Origin: Bacteroidales bacterium
Lineage (GTDB): Bacteria; Bacteroidota; Bacteroidia; Bacteroidales; WCHB1-69
Length of the DNA stretch: 64,000 nt
Assembly: GCA_023229985.1 (NCBI GenBank)
Contig: JALNYF010000001.1
Span: 410-64,409 of the forward strand
Reading direction: 5' to 3'
How positions within the stretch are numbered: position 1 is the first letter of the stretch; every line of letters starts with the position of its first letter. Both the position numbers and the translations under genes were made by a program. The notes under the pieces were generated by a model. That model did no database searches and was not told where the DNA came from. It saw nothing but the letters and a program-made list of their open reading frames with translations. Shown here piece by piece: positions 1-9,195 of this stretch.

Positions 1-1
1 A

Positions 2-2173
2 AGTGATCCGACTGACTTTACTAATGTGCTGATGCCATTAACACAAGTTGATTATACGACTATGACAGAAATTGATCCTATTGATTTGTCTGCTTACTCC
101 GGAGATGTTTACATTGCTATCCATATTCCTGCAGGTGGTCTCGACGGTTGGTATATTTATTTCGACAATTTTATTGTAGAAGACATTCCTACTTGTTTGA
201 AACCAACCGATGTAGACACGAACTTGGTTATGCCAACGTATGCTGAAATTGGATGGACTGCTAACTCCGGCGAAACTTCTTGGCTTGTAAAAGTAAATGG
301 TGTGGATACGTTGGTTACTGATAATCCGGCTACTCTATTGAATTTAACCGCCAATACCGATTATACGGTACAAGTACAGGCAATTTGTAGCGAAACCGAC
401 AGCAGCCAGTGGAGCAATCCAATTTCTTTTTATACCGGATTTTGTATTCCTGCTCCTACTTCTATAGATGGAGATGGTATTACCAATGTAACTTTCGGAC
501 AAACGCAAATAGTGAATAACAACACTCACCCGACCGCTGCACCTTATTATGGTGATTATACTGCTCAAGTGGGTGACGGACAACAAGGTACGCCTGTTAC
601 CGTAAATATTACGTATGCAACAGGTCAGACTTATGGAACACCTATTTGGGTTAATTGGAATAATGACTGCGAATTTACTGATGATGAGCTAGTTTATTGG
701 GGTACTTCTACTGATGTCGAGCCAACTACTTTAACAGCAAGCTTTACTATTCCTTTAGGTACACCCCTTGGAAACTACAGCATGCGTATTGGTGGTTCAG
801 ATTACCAATTCGATAATGCTGACAATTTGGATCCTTGTTTGAGTACATCTTGGACCATTTATGAAGATTATACTTTGCAAGTGGTAGAAGCTCCTGCTTG
901 CTTACCGGTAGTGGATGTAGAGATAAATAATATTACTGCTCACGAAGCAGAAGTATCTTGGACAGAGCAAGGTTCTGCCGTAAATTGGATTATCTTGTTG
1001 AACGACAGCTCAATCGTCGTTACTGAGAATCCTTATTTATTGGAAAATATTTCTGCCGATACCTATTATACCGTATCTGTTCAAGCTATTTGTTCGGAAA
1101 CCGATACTAGCGCGTTGAGTATCCCTACTTCATTTACGACCTTCTGTGAAATTATAACTGTAACAGATAATACTCCTTTTGAAGAAGGCTTTGAAAACGA
1201 CTTTGGTTGTTGGTCACAAGTATATGATGTGGCAACCCAAGATTGGATTATTACTAATTCAACTACACAAATTCAACCATACGAAGGAAGCTCATTTGCT
1301 GCATTTGGTGCGGAATCTTTTGGCGGTGAAGCAACGAAATTGATTTCTCCGCTTCTGGATATTACCGGCGTTACCAATCCTTATGTTAAATTTGCACACA
1401 CTCAACCCGCTTGGGATAGTGACCAAAATCAATTGGTAGTTTATTATAGAGCCTCTCAAACCGATCCATGGACGGAATTAGTATCATATACCAATAACAT
1501 TACTGCTTGGACATTGGATTCAGTTCAGCTTCCTAATGCCTCTGCCACGTATCAAGTTGCGTTCAAAGGTGTTGATTTTTATGGATATGAAGTTTCTCTA
1601 GATGCTGTTTTCGTTGGAAATATTATAATCCCTGAACCCGCTTGTGAAACACCTACCAACGTTACCGTTGTTCCGGATAGTAATTCTGCGGTTGTTTCTT
1701 GGACAGCTACAGATGAAACTTCTTGGAACATTGAGTATGGTCCTGCCGGTTTCACACAAGGTGCCGGTACCATGATCAACGATGTGACCACCAATCCTTA
1801 CACCATTACCAACCTGACTCCGGAAACACCTTACGATGTTTACGTACAAGCTATTTGTAGCGAAGATTCCATTACCGATTGGTCAGCAGTTCAAAGTTTC
1901 ACTACCACGACGGTGGGCATCGCAGAGTATGAAGGTTTGAACGTATCCTTGTACCCGAATCCTGCCAATAGCGAAATCAATGTTCAACTCTCAGCTAGTT
2001 TGCATAACGGTCAAATCGCTATCTACGATGTTTATGGTAAATTATTAAAACAAGTTGCCGTTGAAGGGAACTTAACTACCATTAATATCCAAAATATGGC
2101 TTCCGGTGTTTATTTCGTTCGTATTTTAGACGGAAATAATATCCTTCAAACTATGAAAGTGGTGAAGAAATAA
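2..2173 (+). CDS. T9SS type-A-sorted multidomain surface protein, 5'-truncated by the window edge (choice-of-anchor-J/MAM-like, FN3-like and GEVED-like modules)
   Basis: The frame is open from nt 2, with no stop upstream of the listed GTG at 26. FN3-like modules end in 'Y.V.VQAICSE.D.S'. Also present: a 'TIYEDYTLQVV' GEVED-like motif, a 'FEEGFENDFGCW' MAM/choice-of-anchor-J-like module, and a C-terminal 'LYPNPANSEINVQ...GVYFVRI' Por/T9SS type A sorting domain. Confidence 0.8.
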   Translation, partial: SDPTDFTNVLMPLTQVDYTTMTEIDPIDLSAYSGDVYIAIHIPAGGLDGWYIYFDNFIVEDIPTCLKPTDVDTNLVMPTYAEIGWTANSGETSWLVKVNGVDTLVTDNPATLLNLTANTDYTVQVQAICSETDSSQWSNPISFYTGFCIPAPTSIDGDGITNVTFGQTQIVNNNTHPTAAPYYGDYTAQVGDGQQGTPVTVNITYATGQTYGTPIWVNWNNDCEFTDDELVYWGTSTDVEPTTLTASFTIPLGTPLGNYSMRIGGSDYQFDNADNLDPCLSTSWTIYEDYTLQVVEAPACLPVVDVEINNITAHEAEVSWTEQGSAVNWIILLNDSSIVVTENPYLLENISADTYYTVSVQAICSETDTSALSIPTSFTTFCEIITVTDNTPFEEGFENDFGCWSQVYDVATQDWIITNSTTQIQPYEGSSFAAFGAESFGGEATKLISPLLDITGVTNPYVKFAHTQPAWDSDQNQLVVYYRASQTDPWTELVSYTNNITAWTLDSVQLPNASATYQVAFKGVDFYGYEVSLDAVFVGNIIIPEPACETPTNVTVVPDSNSAVVSWTATDETSWNIEYGPAGFTQGAGTMINDVTTNPYTITNLTPETPYDVYVQAICSEDSITDWSAVQSFTTTTVGIAEYEGLNVSLYPNPANSEINVQLSASLHNGQIAIYDVYGKLLKQVAVEGNLTTINIQNMASGVYFVRILDGNNILQTMKVVKK

Positions 2174-2191
2174 TTGCCGTATTTTACCATC

Positions 2192-2225
2192 AAGGGGCTG
2201 TGCGAAAGTACAGCCCCTTTTTTTT
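2192..2225 (+). terminator. Rho-independent terminator after the first T9SS gene
   Basis: Stem ggggctgt (2194-2201) pairs with acagcccc (2210-2217), extendable by G-T and C-G pairs around a GAAA loop. It is followed by a T-run at 2218-2225. Confidence 0.8.
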
Positions 2226-2262
2226 GTTGTAACAATACTAATGTTATGTTATTATTTGCGGC

Positions 2263-2308
2263 GAGATTTTTCCCAATGAACAATATTTCATTGGGGCCGG
2301 AAAATCTC
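2263..2308. repeat. Two-tier hairpin in the long intergenic region
   Basis: Inner stem cccaatgaa (2272-2280) pairs with ttcattggg (2287-2295) around the loop caatat. Outer stem gagatttt (2263-2270) pairs with aaaatctc (2301-2308). TTTT follows. Confidence 0.6.
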
Positions 2309-2575
2309 TTTTAACACTGCCGGATATTGTTATTGAACATCGTTATATGATGTCGAATTATAACAATATTATATTTTTTTATTGCTATCCGGTAAATAAT
2401 AAATATTTTTGATTAATCTATTAGTATTGAGTAAATTACAGCGGTTCATATTTTGTCGGGCTTACATTTTCGAAGAATGTATAATGCATAAGAAATCCGA
2501 AGGATTACTTCGGGTTAAAACAGATGTTTCTCATTTTTTCTCATGTCTAATTCCCTTGAAACGTTTATATTTGTT

Positions 2576-2779
2576 GCGTACCTACGGCAAGCCATTTTCG
2601 TGCGGGCAATTCGTTTTCTACCAAGCGTTTGTCCCTACGGGACATGGTTATACGCAATTGCATTATGTTTTAATTTTTTAATTTATGATTTCAATTTTCT
2701 CTCTCCTTATTTCGTCCCGTAGGGACGGTCGTTTGGTAAAATAACCGCAGAACATAATATGAGCGTGCCGTAGGTACGC
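2576..2779. repeat. Nested REP-like inverted-repeat element (about 204 bp, imperfect long hairpin)
   Basis: gcgtacctacggca (2576-2589) is the exact reverse complement of tgccgtaggtacgc (2766-2779). gtccctacgggac (2631-2643) is the exact reverse complement of gtcccgtagggac (2714-2726), extendable to about 24/28 matches (2616-2643 vs 2714-2741). The centre is AT-rich, about 70 nt. Confidence 0.75.
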
Positions 2780-2903
2780 CCCATTCCATGTTTACAAAAC
2801 ATACATTACAAACATACGAATCCTACGGGGTCGGACGCCACTGCATTACAATATTTATTGAACAGCAAAAGATTTTTTTAAAATAAATTTGAATTATATA
2901 AAT

Positions 2904-2911
2904 TATTTTTG
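2904..2911 (+). promoter_or_regulatory. Bacteroidetes-type -7 promoter box (TAnnTTTG)
   Basis: TATTTTTG lies 69 nt upstream of the ATG at 2980. Confidence 0.45.
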
Positions 2912-2979
2912 TATTTTTACGCCTTAATTTTTAAAATGTATATTAACTTCGTGCAATAGTTTTTTAGTTCATTTTCAAT

Positions 2980-5900
2980 ATGATAAGAAAATATTTTTTA
3001 TTATTGTTTTTTCTTGTTGTGGTTCAATTACCCGATTTATGGTCTCAATGTACGGTAAGTGTTGAAGCAAGTTCCAGTTCGATTTGTCGTGGAGCAAGCG
3101 TCAATTTATCAGCCTCGGTGGGTGGCAGTAATATTAATAATTGCGGGCAAACGGTGAATATGAGCAATACCACCACGATTGTCAATTGCGGTACAGGGGT
3201 TTGTTTTTATGATGCCGGCGGTCAGTATGGAAGTTATGCCAATAGTACCTCTTATACTCAAACCTTTACTTCAAATAATGGCAGTGCGATTACCATCTAT
3301 TTTGTGTCCGCTTCCTTGGAAAGCTCTTTTGACGAATTATACATTTATGAAGGTCCCAATACTTCCGGGAATTTGCTCAATTCGGGGAACCTATATGGTG
3401 GTTTGTCGGGTATGACCTATACAAGCAATAGCAGTAGTATTACCGTGCAGTTTACTCCTGACGGGAGCGTTACATACGATGGGTGGGCTGCTGTTATTTC
3501 GTGTAATGCGTGCAGCAATTATACCTATGCGTGGAGTAACGGAAGTACGGGAAGTAATATCAGTGTGTCCCCTAATACTACCACAACATACACAGTTACA
3601 GTGACTTCTGCCAATTGTTGTACCGCTACTGCTTCTACTACCGTTACGGTTGCCAACTGTGAAAACGGGACAGCTTGCCCCAGTGTTAATATTTTAAACA
3701 ATATTAATAATAATGAATATATTATTCCGGTGACCTGCAATAACTCGTGTGTAACACTTTCGGCAGATATTACGGCCACAGCTCCCTATTCAGACCACTA
3801 TACAGTTAGTTCCATTCCTTATAATCCACCGTTTGGCTTTACCAGTGGGACGCGCATTTTTGCAAATGCCAGCGATGATACGTGGGGTGCCGCTTTGTCT
3901 CTTCCTTTCGGCTTCTGCTATTACGGAACCACTTATCATGCCATCACTCCCGGCTCAAACTCCGTGGCAACATTTAGTAATGTTTCCGAAGGGAGCTCCT
4001 GTACGTGGTCATACAGTGCCTCCATTCCCAGCTCGAGCTTGATAACCAATGCAATCTTTGCGGCTTATCGCGATATCTTGCCTACCTCCACTTATTATAA
4101 TTCCGTTACCGGTGACTGCGCTATCTATCAGGGTATTATTGGTAATTATCCATGCCGAAGTTATGTGCTGAGCTATTACAACGTGCCGTTGTATTCCTGT
4201 ACATCCACACGCTCTTTTACTACCATGATAGTGCTTTACGAAGGTACAAATGTTATTGATATCTATATCCGAAATGCACCCGTTTGCTCTTCATGGAACA
4301 GTGGTTATGGATTAATCGGTATTCAAAATGCTTCCGGAACGGAAGGCGTTACACCACCAGGAAGAAATACCGGAGCTTGGAGTGCGTCTAATGAAGCTTG
4401 GCGTTTTACCCCTATCGGCGACCCAATCTATAACTTGACTTGGTACGAAGGAGACGGAATCAATGGAACTGTTTTAGGAACCGACAATACCTTGGAAGTA
4501 TGTCCCACCGTTGATACGTATTATACCCTCCGTATGCAATATACCGCCTGCAACGGCGAGCAATTTGACATCACCAGCACAGTACAAGTAGTCTTGGATA
4601 ATGCTATCGGGGAATTAAATATTACTGCGACCGAAATGACCCTTTGCAACGGACAGTCTTCCACACTTACTCTGAATAGCAATGCAAACATTACTTCCTA
4701 TTTGTGGAGTACAGGTGCAACTACCCCCACAATTACTGTAACGCCAACTCAAACAACAACTTACACCTGCACAATAACTACCGGTCAGAACTGCACCGGA
4801 TCGGCTTCTATTGTAATTACCGTTGATCCCATAGCACAAATTTCCATTATTGCTACCGACTCTTCCCTCTGCTTGGGAGAATCTGCCGTATTGTCCACTA
4901 CCGCTGCCGGCGGTGCACAATTTTTGTGGAGTACGGGGGAAAGCTCTGCTTCCATTACCGTAACTCCAACTGCCAATACAACTTATTCATGCACCGTTAC
5001 CAATTCGTCGGGTTGTATGGCTTCTGCATCCCTTTTGATTACGACCACTCCTTTACCTTTTGTTACCCTGACCGCTTCGCCCCAACAACTCTGTTTGGGT
5101 GAGTCTTCCACACTTACTGCCTCCGCCCCACAAGCCAACACTTATTTATGGAACACCGGCGCAAATACCGCTTCTATTACGATAACTCCATCAATAACAA
5201 CAACTTATAGCTGTACTATTACCAATACTAACGGCTGTAACGGACATAATACGATTACCGTTACGGTCAATTCGGCTCCTCAATTAGCTGTATCCGCTCA
5301 GCCTGATACCATTTGTGCCAATGCAACATCCACCATCACTGCGTCCGGTGCTGACACTTATGTTTGGAGCAACGGACAAACTTCCTCTTCCATTACGGTT
5401 GGTGCCGGAACGTATAGTGTGACCGGAACGCGAACCAATTGCGTAGCCGATACAACTCTCACCATCTTTGAATATCCGCCATTTCAAATCTCCTTAAATC
5501 CGATTTCTTCTACGTGCGAACATGCCAATGGGTCAATAATACCCACAACTAATGGTACATATCCGCCTTTTACCTATTTGTGGAGCAATGGGGCTACAGA
5601 CGATACACTTCGCGATGTCTTGGCGGGAACCTATTCTGTAACAGCTACTGACAGAGTGGGTTGCACGAGCACTGCTACTGCCATCATCAACGATATGACT
5701 CCGGTCGTTTCCATTGAGGAACAAACTCAATCTCATTGCGAACAAAGCGATGCCATGGCATCCATTCTGGTTACCGGCGGCACCGGAAATTACACCTACG
5801 ATTGGCATTTAACCCCTAACGTGACTACGTCCGCTGTGAGCGGATTAGCTGCCGGTTCATACATGGTTACCATTGACGATGGGAATTGCACGATTGACTT

Positions 5901-6453
5901 TCCCGTTATCATAACAGAAGCACCCGCACCAACCGCTTGTTTTAGATTAAGTCCTTCCATTGCTATGGCGGGTACAACCGTGGTGCACTATATTAATTGC
6001 TCCACAAATGGTACATTTTGGTTTTGGACTTTTGGCGATGGCGATGAATCAACGATGTCATCACCCACTCACGTCTATTCCACCCCCGGCTTTTATGATG
6101 TCGTTCTGGTAGTTACAGATGAATTTAATTGCACTGCAAACACGCACTTGGAAATAGAGGTGGTGGACGGAACTACTTTCTATATGCCTAACGCCTTTAC
6201 TCCTGACGGAGACGGACTCAATGAAACCATCAAACCTGTTTTAACCAACTGTATGTCGGATAGTTATGAGTTTATTATTTTTGACCGATGGGGGAAAATG
6301 GTTTTCCGTACCACCGAAATTAACCATGGATGGGACGGGATTTATAACGGAAAAATGGTTTCTATGATGACCACTTTTGTCTATACCATTCATTATAGCG
6401 ATATTATGGGAACGCCGCACCAGAAAGTGGGCTCTTTTACGCTGTTGCCGTAA
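2980..6453 (+). CDS. Large T9SS type-B-sorted adhesin-like protein (CUB-like, Ig-like repeats, SprB-type repeats, PKD, gliding-motility-associated C-terminal domain)
   Basis: Signal peptide 'MIRKYFLLLFFLVVVQLPDLWSQC'. CUB-like 'FDELYIYEGPNTSG'. About 7 repeats of 'Y.WS.G.T...ITV.P..TTTY.C.'. SprB-like 'GGTGNYTYDW...GLAAGSYMVTIDDGNC'. PKD 'WTFGDGDES..HVYSTPGFYDVVLVVTDEFNC'. Type B CTD 'FYMPNAFTPDGDGLNE...FIIFDRWGKMVF...GWDG'. Confidence 0.85.
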   Translation: MIRKYFLLLFFLVVVQLPDLWSQCTVSVEASSSSICRGASVNLSASVGGSNINNCGQTVNMSNTTTIVNCGTGVCFYDAGGQYGSYANSTSYTQTFTSNNGSAITIYFVSASLESSFDELYIYEGPNTSGNLLNSGNLYGGLSGMTYTSNSSSITVQFTPDGSVTYDGWAAVISCNACSNYTYAWSNGSTGSNISVSPNTTTTYTVTVTSANCCTATASTTVTVANCENGTACPSVNILNNINNNEYIIPVTCNNSCVTLSADITATAPYSDHYTVSSIPYNPPFGFTSGTRIFANASDDTWGAALSLPFGFCYYGTTYHAITPGSNSVATFSNVSEGSSCTWSYSASIPSSSLITNAIFAAYRDILPTSTYYNSVTGDCAIYQGIIGNYPCRSYVLSYYNVPLYSCTSTRSFTTMIVLYEGTNVIDIYIRNAPVCSSWNSGYGLIGIQNASGTEGVTPPGRNTGAWSASNEAWRFTPIGDPIYNLTWYEGDGINGTVLGTDNTLEVCPTVDTYYTLRMQYTACNGEQFDITSTVQVVLDNAIGELNITATEMTLCNGQSSTLTLNSNANITSYLWSTGATTPTITVTPTQTTTYTCTITTGQNCTGSASIVITVDPIAQISIIATDSSLCLGESAVLSTTAAGGAQFLWSTGESSASITVTPTANTTYSCTVTNSSGCMASASLLITTTPLPFVTLTASPQQLCLGESSTLTASAPQANTYLWNTGANTASITITPSITTTYSCTITNTNGCNGHNTITVTVNSAPQLAVSAQPDTICANATSTITASGADTYVWSNGQTSSSITVGAGTYSVTGTRTNCVADTTLTIFEYPPFQISLNPISSTCEHANGSIIPTTNGTYPPFTYLWSNGATDDTLRDVLAGTYSVTATDRVGCTSTATAIINDMTPVVSIEEQTQSHCEQSDAMASILVTGGTGNYTYDWHLTPNVTTSAVSGLAAGSYMVTIDDGNCTIDFPVIITEAPAPTACFRLSPSIAMAGTTVVHYINCSTNGTFWFWTFGDGDESTMSSPTHVYSTPGFYDVVLVVTDEFNCTANTHLEIEVVDGTTFYMPNAFTPDGDGLNETIKPVLTNCMSDSYEFIIFDRWGKMVFRTTEINHGWDGIYNGKMVSMMTTFVYTIHYSDIMGTPHQKVGSFTLLP

Positions 6454-6454
6454 C

Positions 6455-7429
6455 TTATTCTATATCGTCTGTGAAGAATTCCACTTTATTATAATATTGT
6501 AAAAGTTCTTTTTTATTGCGGGCTTCGTAGCCGATGGCAGCGTTGAGTTGCTCGTGCGGAACGGCTATCGCAATTTCGGAACAGTCACTTGGCTGTAAAA
6601 AAGGAAGAAATCGCCGATGCCATTGTTCTGTCATCACTAATTCTTTAAAAGAAACATGAAATGGTCCGGCTACTAATTGTGTCCCGTTGATTAATCCTTC
6701 CGACGGGTGCAAACCCACTCGCAAAACAGTGACCTGTCCGGCTTCAAATATTTCCATTGCCGCTATCGAATAATCAATCGCTTGTTCGATGGTAAGTGGT
6801 TGATAATGACCATTTTTATACAATTTCTCTAAAAAGGTATCCTTGATAACCAAAGTCGGATAAATGCGCGTGCATTTTGCTCCGAAGTCAACAATTTGCC
6901 GTGCCGTTTTTTTAGTTTTTTCAATGGTGTCGAAAGGCAATCCGACCATCATCTGTAAACCTAATGTAAATCCGTAAGAATTAATGAGTTGAGATGCTTT
7001 TTCTACATCTTTCACGGTGTGCCCGCGCCCCGAAAATTGCAACACTTCTTCATCTAACGATTGCGCTCCTAATTCAATTATGCGAACCCCATGTTTTTTT
7101 AGATTTTCTAATATGGGTTCATTGATATAATCGGGGCGGGTGGAGAGCTGAATGCTCTCGATTTTACCACTTTGCAAGTATGGCTGTACGGCATCTAAAT
7201 AGTAGTTTTGTTCTTCTAAAGACATGCCGGTAAATGTACCGCCGAAAAAAGCAATTCGCTTCATTCCGTCTTGTGGAAATGTTCGCAAATATTGTTGAAT
7301 AGTACTGTTAATTTCTTCTAAATCAATGATTTGATGATGATTGGTGATATTGTATTGATTGCAATAGATGCAGCGAAAAGGGCACGCTTTTTCTGGAATA
7401 AAGATGGGAATGGTATAATGTGTTTTCAC
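6455..7429 (-). CDS. Radical SAM protein (ELP3-like radical SAM domain without acetyltransferase domain)
   Basis: 'CPFRCIYC' CX3CX2C cluster near the N-terminus, plus 'GGTFT' and 'IELGAQS' motifs. GTG start at 7429. Confidence 0.75.
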   Translation of the reverse strand: MKTHYTIPIFIPEKACPFRCIYCNQYNITNHHQIIDLEEINSTIQQYLRTFPQDGMKRIAFFGGTFTGMSLEEQNYYLDAVQPYLQSGKIESIQLSTRPDYINEPILENLKKHGVRIIELGAQSLDEEVLQFSGRGHTVKDVEKASQLINSYGFTLGLQMMVGLPFDTIEKTKKTARQIVDFGAKCTRIYPTLVIKDTFLEKLYKNGHYQPLTIEQAIDYSIAAMEIFEAGQVTVLRVGLHPSEGLINGTQLVAGPFHVSFKELVMTEQWHRRFLPFLQPSDCSEIAIAVPHEQLNAAIGYEARNKKELLQYYNKVEFFTDDIE

Positions 7430-7440
7430 TTTCTATTCTC

Positions 7441-9159
7441 TTAGAATTGGAAATAGATGAATGGCTGTAAGTCGGCAGTAATGAATTGATACAATAAGAA
7501 AACGACCACAACTACAATAATGAGCATCAACCACATGGGTAACATGGCGAAATTTATTCTATACCAACGTTTCCATTTGTCTGGTAGCCAATGAATTAAC
7601 ATGCCAACGGCGAACATGATAAAAACGTAAAGGTAGGTATTCAATATTTCCGGTATTTGTGGCAAGTTCCATGTACCTCCAATTTGAGCCACCATTAATT
7701 TTGCTGTATTCCACGCTGTTTCATTGGCAATGGCAGGGTCTAAATTGGAACCGGAACGGAAGAAAAGTCTTGTGAATGAAATAAATACGAATGTAAGAAA
7801 GATATACCAACCTCTGTTCAACCAAGGTAGCGGTTTGTTTTTGAAAACCAAGGAATAGAGATTGTCGAGCAAAGTGCCGGCAAAAATCACGCCGGTCCAT
7901 ACGCAACCTATCATCATGGCAGGGTTCGGGAAGAAATGGTGAAGTACGATGAAAAGAGAAAAAAGGAGGAATGTCAAAATGGAGCGGAGATATTTTTTCA
8001 GGACTTTCCAAAGTTTATAAATGAGGATTCCGCAGCCGTTCAGACCGCCCCAAATCATAAAATTCCAGCTTGCGCCGTGCCAAAGACCACCCAACAACAT
8101 AGTAATCATTAAGTTGATTTGTGTCCGTACTTTCCCTTTCCGATTTCCGCCAAGGGGAATGTACAAATAATCTTTGAGCCACGTGGAAAGAGAGATGTGC
8201 CACCGTTTCCAGAAATTGCCGGGGTTAGTGGCTTTGTAAGGAGAATCGAAGTTTTGCGGCAAATAAAATCCCATCAACATCGCAACGCCGATGGCAATGT
8301 CCGTATAACCCGAAAAATCGGCATATACTTGCAAGGAATAGATGAATAATGCCGACAAGTTTTCAAATGCCGTAAAAAGGTTAGGATTGTCAAAAACGCG
8401 GTCCACAAAATTGACGGCAAGATAATCGCTTAAGATGATTTTTTTTATTAAACCGTTGAGAATCCAAAAGATAGCAATTCCGAATTGCCGTTTGGTGAGA
8501 AAAAATTTCTTATATAGTTGAGGTATAAACTGATTGGCGCGGATAATGGGACCTGCAACTAATCCAGGGAAAAAACTGACGTAAAAGCCGAAATTCAAAA
8601 TGTTGCTAATGGGGGCAACTTTTTTGCGATAGACATCTACCAAGTAGCTGATACTCTGAAAGACGTAAAAAGAAATCCCTACCGGCAGTAAAATTTTGGA
8701 GGCATCAAAGCGATTGGAGCCGATTAATTCGTTCGTCCATTGTGCAAAATGATTGACTACGGTCAGGTTGCTATGGAAAATGGAATTATAGACGTCGGTA
8801 AAAAAGTAGGCGTATTTAAAGTAACAAAGGACAAAAAGATTAATGAAGACACCTAAAAAGAGTAGGAATTTGCGCTTGAACGGTGTTTCGGCGCGGTTGA
8901 TGACTTTTCCGATGAAAAAGTCGTATAAAGTAGTGAATATCAATATAGTAATGAATAGACCGGAAGTTTTATAGTAAAAAATGAGGCTGACAAAAAACAA
9001 GAAGGCGTTGCGCAGGAGGCACCGATTTCGCAGCAAAGAAAAAAATGCAAAGACGATGGCGAAAAAAGCCCAAAAATAAAATTGGGTAAAGAGTAACGGA
9101 TATTTTTCGTCAAAAGAGAAAATATTAGTAAAAAAGATTCGGAGATTTTCGATATTCAT
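7441..9159 (-). CDS. MBOAT family O-acyltransferase (AlgI/DltB-like)
   Basis: Polytopic membrane protein with 'FWKRWHISLSTWLKDYLYIPLGGNR' and the conserved His motif 'GGLWHGASWNF'. Confidence 0.9.
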   Translation of the reverse strand: MNIENLRIFFTNIFSFDEKYPLLFTQFYFWAFFAIVFAFFSLLRNRCLLRNAFLFFVSLIFYYKTSGLFITILIFTTLYDFFIGKVINRAETPFKRKFLLFLGVFINLFVLCYFKYAYFFTDVYNSIFHSNLTVVNHFAQWTNELIGSNRFDASKILLPVGISFYVFQSISYLVDVYRKKVAPISNILNFGFYVSFFPGLVAGPIIRANQFIPQLYKKFFLTKRQFGIAIFWILNGLIKKIILSDYLAVNFVDRVFDNPNLFTAFENLSALFIYSLQVYADFSGYTDIAIGVAMLMGFYLPQNFDSPYKATNPGNFWKRWHISLSTWLKDYLYIPLGGNRKGKVRTQINLMITMLLGGLWHGASWNFMIWGGLNGCGILIYKLWKVLKKYLRSILTFLLFSLFIVLHHFFPNPAMMIGCVWTGVIFAGTLLDNLYSLVFKNKPLPWLNRGWYIFLTFVFISFTRLFFRSGSNLDPAIANETAWNTAKLMVAQIGGTWNLPQIPEILNTYLYVFIMFAVGMLIHWLPDKWKRWYRINFAMLPMWLMLIIVVVVVFLLYQFITADLQPFIYFQF

Positions 9160-9195
9160 TATTCAGATTGAAATGGAGTGCAATTAATAGGATGT

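Noticed and set aside
2409-2681. A 90-aa ORF with a TTG start in the long intergenic region.
   Set aside because: Its 3' half is simply the translation of the REP-like palindromes. It has no plausible promoter or start context and a low-complexity, Cys/Phe-rich composition.
2576-2839. The repeated 7-14-nt units, considered as a small CRISPR array.
   Set aside because: The units are in inverted, not direct, orientation. They are irregularly spaced and pair with each other as a nested hairpin. No cas genes are present.
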